Shown: positions 20,374-29,198 of the stretch, piece after piece | How positions within the stretch are numbered: the stretch's first letter is position 1 | Layout: the number at the start of each line of letters is the position of its first letter | DNA from: an uncultured Gemmatimonadaceae bacterium | GTDB taxonomy: Bacteria > Gemmatimonadota > Gemmatimonadetes > Gemmatimonadales > Gemmatimonadaceae | Direction: 5' to 3' | DNA: 64,000 nt | Assembly (NCBI GenBank): GCA_963716745.1 | Contig: OY970320.1 | Coordinates: 1,632,001 to 1,696,000, forward strand | Made by a program: the position numbers and the translations under genes | The notes under the pieces: model-generated | What the model saw: the letters and a program-made list of their open reading frames with translations, nothing else | Databases searched by the model: none | What the model was told of the DNA's origin: nothing

Positions 20374-23300
20374 ATGCTGAGACTCAGCGCGTTGGGTGGC
20401 CTCTCCCTGGACGGCATCGAGGGGCCGCTCGGTACCGCCGGAACGAAACGGCGCCGCTTGGCGCTGCTCGCGCTCCTCGCCGCGGCCGGCGAGCGGGGCG
20501 TGAGCCGCGACAAGCTGCTCGCGTACCTGTGGCCCGACGTGGAAGCGGACCGCGCGCGCCAGGCGCTCGCGGACATGCTCGCATCGATGCGGAAGGACCT
20601 GGGTGTGGACGCACTCTTCCACGGCACCGCCGACGTGCGGCTCGACGCCGCGGAGCTCACGAGCGATCTCGCCGAATTCGAGCGCGCGCTCGACCGGCGC
20701 GACCTGCCCGCCGCGGTGGGGATATACGGCGGTCCGTTCCTTGACGGTTTCACACTCACCGACGCGCCGGAGTTCCAGCGCTGGACGGAACGTGAGCGGC
20801 TCCGGCTCGAGCAGCGCTTTCGCGGCGCGCTCGAGTCGCTTGCTTCGGAAGCGAAGACGATGGGCGAGCACGCCGCGGCCGCGCGCTGGTGGCGCCGACT
20901 CGCGGACATCGACCCGCTCAGCACGCACGTCGCGATCGAGGTGATGTCCGCGCTCGCGGCCGGCGGCGACACTGCGGCGGCCGTCGCGCACGGGGATGCG
21001 CACCAGCGCCGGATGAAGGAGGAGTTCGGCGCGCCGCCGAACCAGGCGGTGCGCGCGTTCGCGGAGAAGCTCAAGTCCGCGACTGGGTATACGCCCCCGT
21101 CCGAGACTCGCGCCTCCGCGCCGGTGCACCGCCGCAGCACCGGGCGCGTGACGGCGCCGTCGGAGCGCGATCTCTCCGACGACACCGAGATGCCGATGAG
21201 CGCGTCGCGCGAGCGCGGCGCGACGATCGCCGGACGCTATCTCATCCAGCGCGAGATCGGCCGCGGGGGCATGGCCACGGTGTTCCTCGCGCGCGACCTG
21301 AAGCACGATCGCGATGTGGCGCTCAAGTTCATCCACGCCGAGCTCGCCGACGCGTTCGGCACCGAGCGCTTCCAGAGCGAGATCGCGGTCCTCGCCAAGC
21401 TCCAGCATCCGCACATCCTGGCACTGTACGACTCGGGCGAGGTGGAAGGCGCGCTGTATTACGTGATGCCCTTCATCGGCGGCGAGAGCGTGCGCGAGCG
21501 GCTCCAGCGCGAAGGGCAGCTGCCGGTGGCCGAAGCGCTGCGCCTCGCGCGCGAGGTGGCCGGCGCGCTCGCCTACGCGCACGAGCAGGGCGTGATCCAC
21601 CGCGATGTGAAGCCGGAGAACATCCTGCTCACCAATGGGCACGCGCTCGTCGCGGACTTCGGCATCGCGCGCGCGGTGAGCCGCGCCGCCGGCCGCCGCA
21701 ACACGGAGGATGGATTCGCGGTGGGCACGCCCGCGTACATGAGTCCCGAACAGGCCAGCGGCGATCCGATCGACGGCCGCAGCGACGAGTACGCGCTCGC
21801 GTGCGTGCTCTACGAGATGCTCGGCGGCGTGCCGCCCTTCGTCGGCGCGTCGGGGCGGTCCGTGCTCGCGCAGCGCTTCACCGAAGCGCCGGCGCCGATC
21901 CGGAAGCTGCGCGACAAGGTGCCGGCCGAGGTGGAGGCCGCGCTCCAGAAGGCGCTCACGCGTGTGCCAGCCGACCGCTTCGCGACGGTGGGAGAATTCG
22001 CGAGCGCGCTCGACGTGATGGACACGATGGGCCAGCGCCGTGACGCCGCACCGGGCTGGCTCGCCGCCGTGGGGCGCTGGAAGTGGGCGATCATGGCGCT
22101 CGCGGTCGTCGCGCTCGGCATCATCATCATCGCGCTGCGCCCCGCACCGCTCGTGGCCGACCGCTACGTCGTGCTCCCGTTCCGCCACCGGGAGGGCGCG
22201 TCGCCGCGCCTGTTGAACGGCGACGCCTGCCAGCAGCTGCTGGACGACGCGCTCCTCCAATGGCGCGGGCTCAATCTCGTGGATGGCATGCGCACGAACG
22301 ATGCGAAGATGCGCCACGCCGACGGACCGCTGCAGACGGATGACGCGCTGAACACGGCGCGCAGCCTGCGCGCCGGCCGCCTCATCTGGGGCGAGGTGTC
22401 ACAGGTCGGCTCCGACATCACGGTCGTGGGGATGCTGTACGAAGTGTCGCCCAGGCGCGACTCGGTGCTGCGCGTGGTCACGGTGCACATCGACAGCTCG
22501 CTCTCGGACGCGGAGCAGAAGTTCGCGGAGCTGGCGGACTCGCTGATCGCGCCCCAGTCCGGATCCGCGAGCGTGGATGCGACCAGCCGCGGAACCCGGA
22601 ACTTCGCCGCGATCGTCGCCTACACGGGCGCGCACGAGGCGCTCAGCCGCTGGGACCTCGCGCGGGCCGAGAGCCTCTTCCGCGAATCCGCGGCGGCGGA
22701 TCCCGGGTTCGCGAACGCGCACTTCTGGCTGGCACAGGTGATGAGCTGGGGCAACAATGGCCAGCCCACCGAATGGCGCGAGACCGCCGGTCGCGCCTAC
22801 GCGTTGCGCGCGCAACTCGGCGCCCGCGACAGCGCGCGCGCGATCGCGCTCAACGCGCTCGCGACCATGGACTACCCCGCCGCGTGCGAGCGCTACCGCG
22901 CGATGACCGCGCGCGACACGCTCGACTTCGTCGCATGGTACGGGCTGGGCGACTGTCTTCGGCGCGACCGCCTCGTGATCCCCGACAGCAAGAGTCCCAG
23001 CGGCTTCGCGTTCCGCAGCAGCTACCAAGCAGCGATCAATGCGTACGATCACGCGCTGCGCATCGTGCCGAGTATCCACCTCGCGTTCGCGGGACTAGGC
23101 TATGAGCGGCTGGCACAGCTGCTGCTCACGCAGAGCACGCAGATCCGTCGCGGCTTCGCGCTCACGCCCGACACCGTATTCTTCGGCGGCTTCGCGACAT
23201 TGCGCGGCGACAGCGTGGCGATCATCCCGTACCGCTTCATCGACATCAGCGCGGGTCGCGCGGACACGGGAGATGCCGGCGGCGCGATAGCCGCCAACCG

Positions 23301-24357
23301 CGCGCGGCTGCTCGCGATCGCCCGGTCGTGGAAGAACGCGTACCCGCGCAGCCCGTCGGCGTACGAGACACTCGCCCGCGCCCTCGAGGGCACGGGCAAC
23401 ATCTCGGGCAGCAACGATCCATCGCAGTCGGCGCTCGCGGCGATCGATTCGGCGCGCGCGCTCGCGCGCGATCGCGCCGACAGCATCCGCACCGGCGTCG
23501 TGTACGTGCGCGTGCTGCTCGAAGGCGGCCGCTACGCGGAGGCGCGCGCCGCGAGCGATGCGGTGCTCGCGCTCGCCGCCGATCCATCGCCGCGCGAGGC
23601 CGACGACGTGAAGGGCCTCGCGGCGCTGACCGGCAAGACCAAACGCGCCGTCGACCTGCTGCGTCGCAGCGCTCCGGACTTCACGACACTCACTCCCGAC
23701 GGCCGGCTGATCACGCCGCCTCTGCCCGTGTCGATGAGCGCGCGCGCGCTGCTCGGCTTCGTCGCGATGGGCGGGCCAGCCGACAGCATCATGCGCCTGC
23801 AGGAGCAGGTGGGCCAGCTCGTGCAGGGCAGCGTCTCGCCGGCGATGCGCGCTACGGTACGGAACGCGGTACTCGTGCAACCTGCGCAACTCGCCTTCCC
23901 CTTGCGGCCGGCCGTGATGTTCACGCCCGCCGTGACCGGCGCGGGCGAGCTGTACGAAACGCAGACCGCGTTCGCGCGCGGCGACAGCGCGAGAGCGCGC
24001 GAAATGCTGCGCGCCATCATCGCGTCCGATGCGAAGGCCTCGCCCGGCGATCTCTCGCTCGACATCCGCTTCCAGTACGCCTGGCTCGCCGCCGCCACGG
24101 GCGACAGTGGCGGCGCCGCGGCGCTCGCGGACCGCGGGCTCAACGGCGTCGCTTCGTACGGTGAGTACCTGCTCGACAACGTGCAGACGCCGGCATCGCT
24201 CGTGCGCATGATGGCGCTGCGCGCCGAGCTCGCGGCGCGCGCCGGCGACACGCATACCGCACGCCAATGGGCGTCGGCCGCCGCGACGCTCTGGGCCACC
24301 GCCGATCCCGAACTCGATCCGGTGCGCGACCGTCTGCGCGCACTCGCCACTCCATGA
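20374..24357 (+). CDS. Membrane receptor: SARP-type wHTH + BTAD, Hanks Ser/Thr kinase, TM helix, extracytoplasmic TolB-N-like/TPR region
   Basis: LALLALL...VSRDKL...LWPD and YGGPFLDGF...F.RW...ER (BTAD); IGRGGMATV, VALK, HRDVKPEN, DFG, GTPAYMSPEQ; TM WKWAIMALAVVALGIIIIAL; YVVLPF. Confidence 0.9.
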   Translation: MLRLSALGGLSLDGIEGPLGTAGTKRRRLALLALLAAAGERGVSRDKLLAYLWPDVEADRARQALADMLASMRKDLGVDALFHGTADVRLDAAELTSDLAEFERALDRRDLPAAVGIYGGPFLDGFTLTDAPEFQRWTERERLRLEQRFRGALESLASEAKTMGEHAAAARWWRRLADIDPLSTHVAIEVMSALAAGGDTAAAVAHGDAHQRRMKEEFGAPPNQAVRAFAEKLKSATGYTPPSETRASAPVHRRSTGRVTAPSERDLSDDTEMPMSASRERGATIAGRYLIQREIGRGGMATVFLARDLKHDRDVALKFIHAELADAFGTERFQSEIAVLAKLQHPHILALYDSGEVEGALYYVMPFIGGESVRERLQREGQLPVAEALRLAREVAGALAYAHEQGVIHRDVKPENILLTNGHALVADFGIARAVSRAAGRRNTEDGFAVGTPAYMSPEQASGDPIDGRSDEYALACVLYEMLGGVPPFVGASGRSVLAQRFTEAPAPIRKLRDKVPAEVEAALQKALTRVPADRFATVGEFASALDVMDTMGQRRDAAPGWLAAVGRWKWAIMALAVVALGIIIIALRPAPLVADRYVVLPFRHREGASPRLLNGDACQQLLDDALLQWRGLNLVDGMRTNDAKMRHADGPLQTDDALNTARSLRAGRLIWGEVSQVGSDITVVGMLYEVSPRRDSVLRVVTVHIDSSLSDAEQKFAELADSLIAPQSGSASVDATSRGTRNFAAIVAYTGAHEALSRWDLARAESLFRESAAADPGFANAHFWLAQVMSWGNNGQPTEWRETAGRAYALRAQLGARDSARAIALNALATMDYPAACERYRAMTARDTLDFVAWYGLGDCLRRDRLVIPDSKSPSGFAFRSSYQAAINAYDHALRIVPSIHLAFAGLGYERLAQLLLTQSTQIRRGFALTPDTVFFGGFATLRGDSVAIIPYRFIDISAGRADTGDAGGAIAANRARLLAIARSWKNAYPRSPSAYETLARALEGTGNISGSNDPSQSALAAIDSARALARDRADSIRTGVVYVRVLLEGGRYAEARAASDAVLALAADPSPREADDVKGLAALTGKTKRAVDLLRRSAPDFTTLTPDGRLITPPLPVSMSARALLGFVAMGGPADSIMRLQEQVGQLVQGSVSPAMRATVRNAVLVQPAQLAFPLRPAVMFTPAVTGAGELYETQTAFARGDSARAREMLRAIIASDAKASPGDLSLDIRFQYAWLAAATGDSGGAAALADRGLNGVASYGEYLLDNVQTPASLVRMMALRAELAARAGDTHTARQWASAAATLWATADPELDPVRDRLRALATP

Positions 24358-24395
24358 TCCGTATGCCAACCGCACTCCACCACGAGGCCACTTTC

Positions 24396-24995
24396 ATGCG
24401 CACTCTCGTCCCGCTCGCATTCCTCGCGATCACCGCATGCGCACATTATATCGGCGGCAACGCGGACGAACCGTGCGGCATGGGGCCCACGCTGCAGGCC
24501 ACCTCGGCCAAGTCGCTCTCCGCGTGCGCGCAGGCGGTGGCCGGCAACGCCGACACGCGGCACGGCACCGGCGACGAACAGCGGCTCGCCGTGGCCGGAC
24601 CCGGCGGCCAACTCCAGTACGGACCCAAGGCCACGATCACGCCGCTCCGCGGCTATCTGGGCATGAAGACCATCACGCACGCGACCGGAGAGGAGCTGGC
24701 GCACGGCGTGCCGCTCGCCCTCATCACGAGCGACTCCGCGTATCCGAAGCTTGGGCTTCGCGCCGGGAAGAACGTGTTGATCGTGGCGGTGCCGCAGGGC
24801 TCCGACAGCGGCACCGCGCTCATGGTGCCGCTGGATGGCAGCGTCGCCACACCGCTCGTCGTGCACGTCACCGACCACATGGACAAGTCGGACTATCCGC
24901 TGCCGACCGCGCGATGGATCTGGTCCGACAAGGACGAGACGATGTGGGTCGCGTGCGGCCGGCGCTGCTGCTGGGTGGTGCCGGCGCTGAACTAG
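24396..24995 (+). CDS. Hypothetical lipoprotein with C-terminal ARW.W..DE.MWV.CG..CC motif
   Basis: MRTLVPLAFLAITAC lipobox; alternative in-frame ATG at 24354 overlaps the kinase stop. Confidence 0.75.
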   Translation: MRTLVPLAFLAITACAHYIGGNADEPCGMGPTLQATSAKSLSACAQAVAGNADTRHGTGDEQRLAVAGPGGQLQYGPKATITPLRGYLGMKTITHATGEELAHGVPLALITSDSAYPKLGLRAGKNVLIVAVPQGSDSGTALMVPLDGSVATPLVVHVTDHMDKSDYPLPTARWIWSDKDETMWVACGRRCCWVVPALN

Positions 24996-24999
24996 CGGA

Positions 25000-25605
25000 C
25001 TACTTCGTGTGCGTCGTGTCGCCGCCACCGCCGCCGGTGACGTAGCAGCAGCCGTGCCCGCAGCTCACCCAGATGTTCTCGTCGCCGTCCACCCACTGCG
25101 CGTGGCCCGGCGGATGCAGCGTCGCGTCCGGGTTCGTGTCGCGCCGGAAGACCGTGAGCGACTCGAAGCTGGTCGAGCCCACGGGATGCATGAACGCCGT
25201 CCAGTCGGCGGGCGTGTCGCCGGCGCCGGTGTGGCGGAGCCAGAGCTCGTTGCCCGCGCTCCCGCCCGCCAGGCTGAGCTTCTTGTACGATTCCGTGGCG
25301 CAGATGAACGCGACGAGCTGGCCATGATCGCCGGCGTCGAAATCCTTCGCGCTCGTCCAGTTCGCGAGCGCCGCGTTCGGCGCGATGCTCGCGAGTTGCA
25401 CCACCGCCGTGCCCGCGCGGTCGTGCAACGACTGCGCGTGTCCCATCGCCATCGTGAACGTGCCCGGCACGACGCACTTCAGCCGGTCGTTCGTGCCGAT
25501 CACGGCGCTGCCATGCGCGTTCGGGCGGTATCGGTCATATGCGAAGAACGCGAGCATCGCGACGACCGCCACCAGGACACCGATCCGCAGAGTTCTCGGG
25601 TTCAC
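25000..25605 (-). CDS. Hypothetical membrane-anchored/exported protein, paralog of 24396..24995 (AQW..GDE.IWV.CG..CC)
   Basis: GGGAGG RBS before GTG 25605; N-terminal TM helix; shared motifs with the neighbour. Confidence 0.75.
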   Translation of the reverse strand: MNPRTLRIGVLVAVVAMLAFFAYDRYRPNAHGSAVIGTNDRLKCVVPGTFTMAMGHAQSLHDRAGTAVVQLASIAPNAALANWTSAKDFDAGDHGQLVAFICATESYKKLSLAGGSAGNELWLRHTGAGDTPADWTAFMHPVGSTSFESLTVFRRDTNPDATLHPPGHAQWVDGDENIWVSCGHGCCYVTGGGGGDTTHTK

Positions 25606-25747
25606 CGTGCCTCCCGCGCTGGGGTTCTCTCGCGAGGTCCACGTTAGGGGCGCAGGCGGCGCCGTCAATGTTCACCGAACAGGCCATCGAGCATCGGCCA
25701 TCCGTCGCCTGTGTAACTGACCGTGAACATTAGAGTTACACTGCGCC

Positions 25748-25776
25748 TTGCTATTTCGGTGTTTATTCGGCATCAT
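25748..25776 (+). promoter_or_regulatory. Candidate sigma70 promoter (TTGCTA-N17-CATCAT) with a TTCG-N7-TTCG direct repeat in the spacer (putative LexA box)
   Basis: ttcg gtgttta ttcg at 25755-25769, directly upstream of a DNA-damage mutagenesis cassette. Confidence 0.5.
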
Positions 25777-25808
25777 CTCCACCCCCCGCCGAATCACCGA
25801 GTCCCGCG

Positions 25809-26885
25809 ATGCCCAAAGTCTCCGAACCGCAGTTCCCGATGGCCGATGGCCAGTGGCCGATGCGCGGCAGCCTCGATGTGCTCGGCCGGCAGCGCGACAT
25901 CACCTACTACGATTCCCACGCCGCGAGCGTGCTCAACGACACGCGCATGACCGGCATGGCGTACTGGTCGGTGAATCCGTACACCGGCTGCGCCTTCGGC
26001 TGCGCGTACTGCTACGCGCGCTACGCGCATCGCTACGTGATGGAGCGCGCGGTCACCGCGGGCACGCTGCCGGTCGCATCGGCCGCATCGATCGAGGGAC
26101 TTCCTCCCTGGCTCGCCTTCGAGCGCCACATCGTGGTGAAGCGCAACGCGCCCAGCGTGCTCGCGCGCACGCTGCGCCAGGGGAGCGAGCGGCATCTCGC
26201 GCTGCTCAAAGGCGAGATGATCCTCATCGGCACGGCGACGGATCCGTACCAGCCCGCCGAGCGCCGCTACCAGGTGACGCGCGGCATCCTGGAGGTGCTG
26301 GCCGCGCATCCGGGGCTCCGCATCGGGATCATCACGAAGAGCCCGCTCGTGACGCGCGACGTGGACCTGCTCGCGCGCATCGCGCGGCGGTCGTCGCTCT
26401 CGGTGCGGATCTCGCTGATCACGCTCGACCGCGCGCTCGCGCGCCGGCTCGAGCCGCGCGCGCCCACGCCCGACGCGCGGCTGCGCGCGCTGCGCCGGCT
26501 GAACGAATCGGGCATCGATGCCGGCGTGAACATCATGCCGGTGCTGCCCGGGATCACCGACGGGCCGGCGATGCTCGACGATCTCGTGCACGCCGCGGCG
26601 GACGCCGGCGTGAAGCGCGTGGGCGTGTGCGCGCTGCGGCTGCAGCACGAGGCGCGGAAGCGGTATCTCCCCTTCATCGCGGAGGAGTTCCCGCATCTCG
26701 CCGCGCGCTACGAGGCGGCGTACGCGCACAGCACGGACGTGAGCAAGCGCTATCGCGACGGGCTCTCGCACTACGTGCACGGGCTCTGCCGGAAGTACGG
26801 GCTCAGCGCGAGCGCGCGCGCCGAGGATGAGCCGGAGGACGAGGCGCCGCCGGCGCCCGATCCGCAGCTCGCGTTCTCCCTATGA
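25809..26885 (+). CDS. Radical SAM protein, SplB-like/Rv2578c DNA-repair family
   Basis: NPYTGCAFGCAYCYAR CxxxCxxC, GTATDPYQPAE, ITKS.LV.RD, LEPRAPTP..RL; C-terminal QLAF. Confidence 0.92.
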   Translation: MPKVSEPQFPMADGQWPMRGSLDVLGRQRDITYYDSHAASVLNDTRMTGMAYWSVNPYTGCAFGCAYCYARYAHRYVMERAVTAGTLPVASAASIEGLPPWLAFERHIVVKRNAPSVLARTLRQGSERHLALLKGEMILIGTATDPYQPAERRYQVTRGILEVLAAHPGLRIGIITKSPLVTRDVDLLARIARRSSLSVRISLITLDRALARRLEPRAPTPDARLRALRRLNESGIDAGVNIMPVLPGITDGPAMLDDLVHAAADAGVKRVGVCALRLQHEARKRYLPFIAEEFPHLAARYEAAYAHSTDVSKRYRDGLSHYVHGLCRKYGLSASARAEDEPEDEAPPAPDPQLAFSL

Positions 26886-27754
26886 CGGCGGCGGCGGTCG
26901 TGCGCGTGGAGCGCGTGTCGAGCGCGGAGCGTCCGGCGTCGCTGGCCGCGCTGCGCCAGCGGCTGGCCGCGGTCACGGAGGCGCCGCACGCCGAGGTGCG
27001 CGCGCTGGCCACGGGCGTCGCGTCACTGGATGCGGCGCTCACGCGCGGCGGCATCCCATGCGGGCGGCTCACCGAGTTGCTGGGCGCGCGCGGCGCCGGG
27101 AAGACGACGCTGCTGCGGCACGTGGTGCGCGCGACGATCGCGCGCGGACTCTGGGTGGCGTACGTGGATGCGGCGCGCACGCTGGCGCCGCGCGACTGGG
27201 CGTGGGCCGCGCGCGCGGACGACGGCGGCGGCGCAGGCGTTTCGCCCCCGCTCTGGATGATCCGCCCCGCGCGCAGGAGCAGTTCCGCGCGCGCGGCGTG
27301 GTGCGCGGAGCTGCTCCTGCGCTCGGGAGCGTTCGCACTGGTGGTGCTGGACGGCGCGCCGCCGCTCACGAACGCGGTGGCGGTGCGGCTCGCGCGGCTC
27401 GCGCGCGATGGCGGATGTGCGTTCGTGGTGGCCGCGGATGATGACGCCGCGGCGGCCGCGCTCGGCGGCGCGCTGCGGCTGCGCGTCGCGCGCACGAAGA
27501 GAGTGGATCGCATCACGATCGAGAGAGGTGGACGTCGGACAACGGTGGAGGTGGCGCATGAGCGCACCGTGGCGCATCGCGTGTGTACGCATCCCGAGAT
27601 TCCCGATCGCCGCGGTGTGGCGCGACCGCGAGCGGCGGACGAGCGCGGCGGTGAAAGCGCCGCCGCAGTTCGCGCTGGCGCTGTCGTCGCCAACGCCGCT
27701 CCCGTTAGGCACGCGCGAAAACGAACGCCGCACATTCCCGCCGCCGTGGGATGA
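26882..27754 (+). CDS. imuA: ImuA/RecA-like protein
   Basis: TG..SLD.AL..GGIP.GRLTEL.G..GAGKTT, YVD, W.AE.LLRSG.F.LVVLD; position before imuB. Confidence 0.8.
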   Translation: MTAAAVVRVERVSSAERPASLAALRQRLAAVTEAPHAEVRALATGVASLDAALTRGGIPCGRLTELLGARGAGKTTLLRHVVRATIARGLWVAYVDAARTLAPRDWAWAARADDGGGAGVSPPLWMIRPARRSSSARAAWCAELLLRSGAFALVVLDGAPPLTNAVAVRLARLARDGGCAFVVAADDDAAAAALGGALRLRVARTKRVDRITIERGGRRTTVEVAHERTVAHRVCTHPEIPDRRGVARPRAADERGGESAAAVRAGAVVANAAPVRHARKRTPHIPAAVG

Positions 27755-29198
27755 GCGGCCGGTGGCGCTGGTGGAAGGTACGCGGCTCAGCGCGGTGTCC
27801 GGCGCCGCCGCGCGCGTGGGCGTGCGCTTGGGGATGACCGCGGCGGCCGCGCGCGGGCGCTGCGCCGGGCTCGACGTGATCGAGTGGGACGCGCCCGCGA
27901 TCGCGCGCGCGCTCACCGAGACCACCGCGCGCTTCCTCACCGCGAGCCCGCAGGTGACGCCCGCCGCCGGCGAGCCCGGGCTCTGGTGGATCGGCGCCGG
28001 CGGCCTCGACGAGCAGCCGCTCGCACGCGATCTCCTGGCGCTCGCGCGCGCGTGGCATCCGCGCGCGCGCGTCGCGATCGCGGACTCCTGCGTCGCGGCG
28101 CGCGCCGCCACGTGGAGCACGCGCGGTCCCGCGGCGCACATCGTGCCCGCCGGCGGCGACGCCGGCTATCTCGCCCCCGCGCCGCTCGCGCTCATCCCGG
28201 TGGACGGCGAGATGCGCGCCGCGCTCGCCGCGCTCGGCATCCGCACCGCCGGCGCGCTCGCCGCGCTCTCGGCGGAGGATGTGGAGCGCCGCTGGGGCGC
28301 GGCCGGCCTCGCGGCGTGGCGCTTCGCGCGCGGCGAGGATGCGCGCCGTCCCGTGCTGGCCGTGCCGGCGGCGCGCCACGCGGTGAGCGCGGAACTGGCG
28401 GCGCCCGCGGAGACGATGGAGCCCATCCTGTTCCTCGTGCGCGCCGCGCTCGAACGGCTCGCACCCGCGCTCGCGCGCGAGGGACGCGCCGCCGCCGCGC
28501 TCGCGATCACGCTCTCGCTCGACGATGCGCGCGGCGCGATGCCCACCGATATCGCGGGCGCGGCGGCGCACACCGTCACGCGCGAAGTGCGCTTCCCGCG
28601 CGCCGTCGCGCGCGCGGCGCCGCTGTTCGACCATTGCCGCGCGCTGCTCGCGCGCTGGCCGCTCGATGCCCCGGTGTGCGGCGTCACCGTGACCGTCGCG
28701 GCCACCGCGCCCGCGTCGGCGGCGCAGGGCGACCTGCTCGTGCAACGATGGCACGATCCCGCCGCCGCCGACGCCGCGCTCGCACGGCTGCGCGCGGAGC
28801 TCGGGCCGGACACCGTCGTGCGGCCCATCGAACGCGATGAACATGCTCCGGGGCGGAACGGAGCATGGAGTGAAGAAGCGAGCATCGTGCATCGTGCATC
28901 GAGCATCGGAGAACCGGCCATCGGCCAGTGGCCATCGGCCATCGACGACGCGCCCGCGCTGCGGCTGCTCGAGGTGCCCGAGGAGATCGATGTCGAATTC
29001 AGCGATGGGCGGCCGTGCGGCGTGTGGTGGCGCGGCGAACGCATCGCGCTCATGAGCGCGGCCGGCCCCGAGCGGCTGAGCGGCGACTGGTGGAACGATC
29101 CGTACCGGCGCGACTACTGGCGCGGCGCCTCCGCGCGCGGGGAGCTGCTCGTGTACGCCGAGAGAGGGAAGTGGTTCGTGCAGGGGTGGTACGACTGA
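27558..29198 (+). CDS. imuB: ImuB, catalytically inactive Y-family polymerase
   Basis: AA..GVR.GMT...A, LGIRT.G.L, QGDL, GPERLSGDWW...Y.RDYW...W..QGWYD C-terminus. Confidence 0.88.
   Translation: MSAPWRIACVRIPRFPIAAVWRDRERRTSAAVKAPPQFALALSSPTPLPLGTRENERRTFPPPWDERPVALVEGTRLSAVSGAAARVGVRLGMTAAAARGRCAGLDVIEWDAPAIARALTETTARFLTASPQVTPAAGEPGLWWIGAGGLDEQPLARDLLALARAWHPRARVAIADSCVAARAATWSTRGPAAHIVPAGGDAGYLAPAPLALIPVDGEMRAALAALGIRTAGALAALSAEDVERRWGAAGLAAWRFARGEDARRPVLAVPAARHAVSAELAAPAETMEPILFLVRAALERLAPALAREGRAAAALAITLSLDDARGAMPTDIAGAAAHTVTREVRFPRAVARAAPLFDHCRALLARWPLDAPVCGVTVTVAATAPASAAQGDLLVQRWHDPAAADAALARLRAELGPDTVVRPIERDEHAPGRNGAWSEEASIVHRASSIGEPAIGQWPSAIDDAPALRLLEVPEEIDVEFSDGRPCGVWWRGERIALMSAAGPERLSGDWWNDPYRRDYWRGASARGELLVYAERGKWFVQGWYD

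Noticed and set aside
20274..21185. N-terminal extension of the 817-aa minus-strand ORF
   Set aside because: It is antisense to the BTAD-kinase and has shadow-ORF composition; the membrane protein plausibly starts near 20273.
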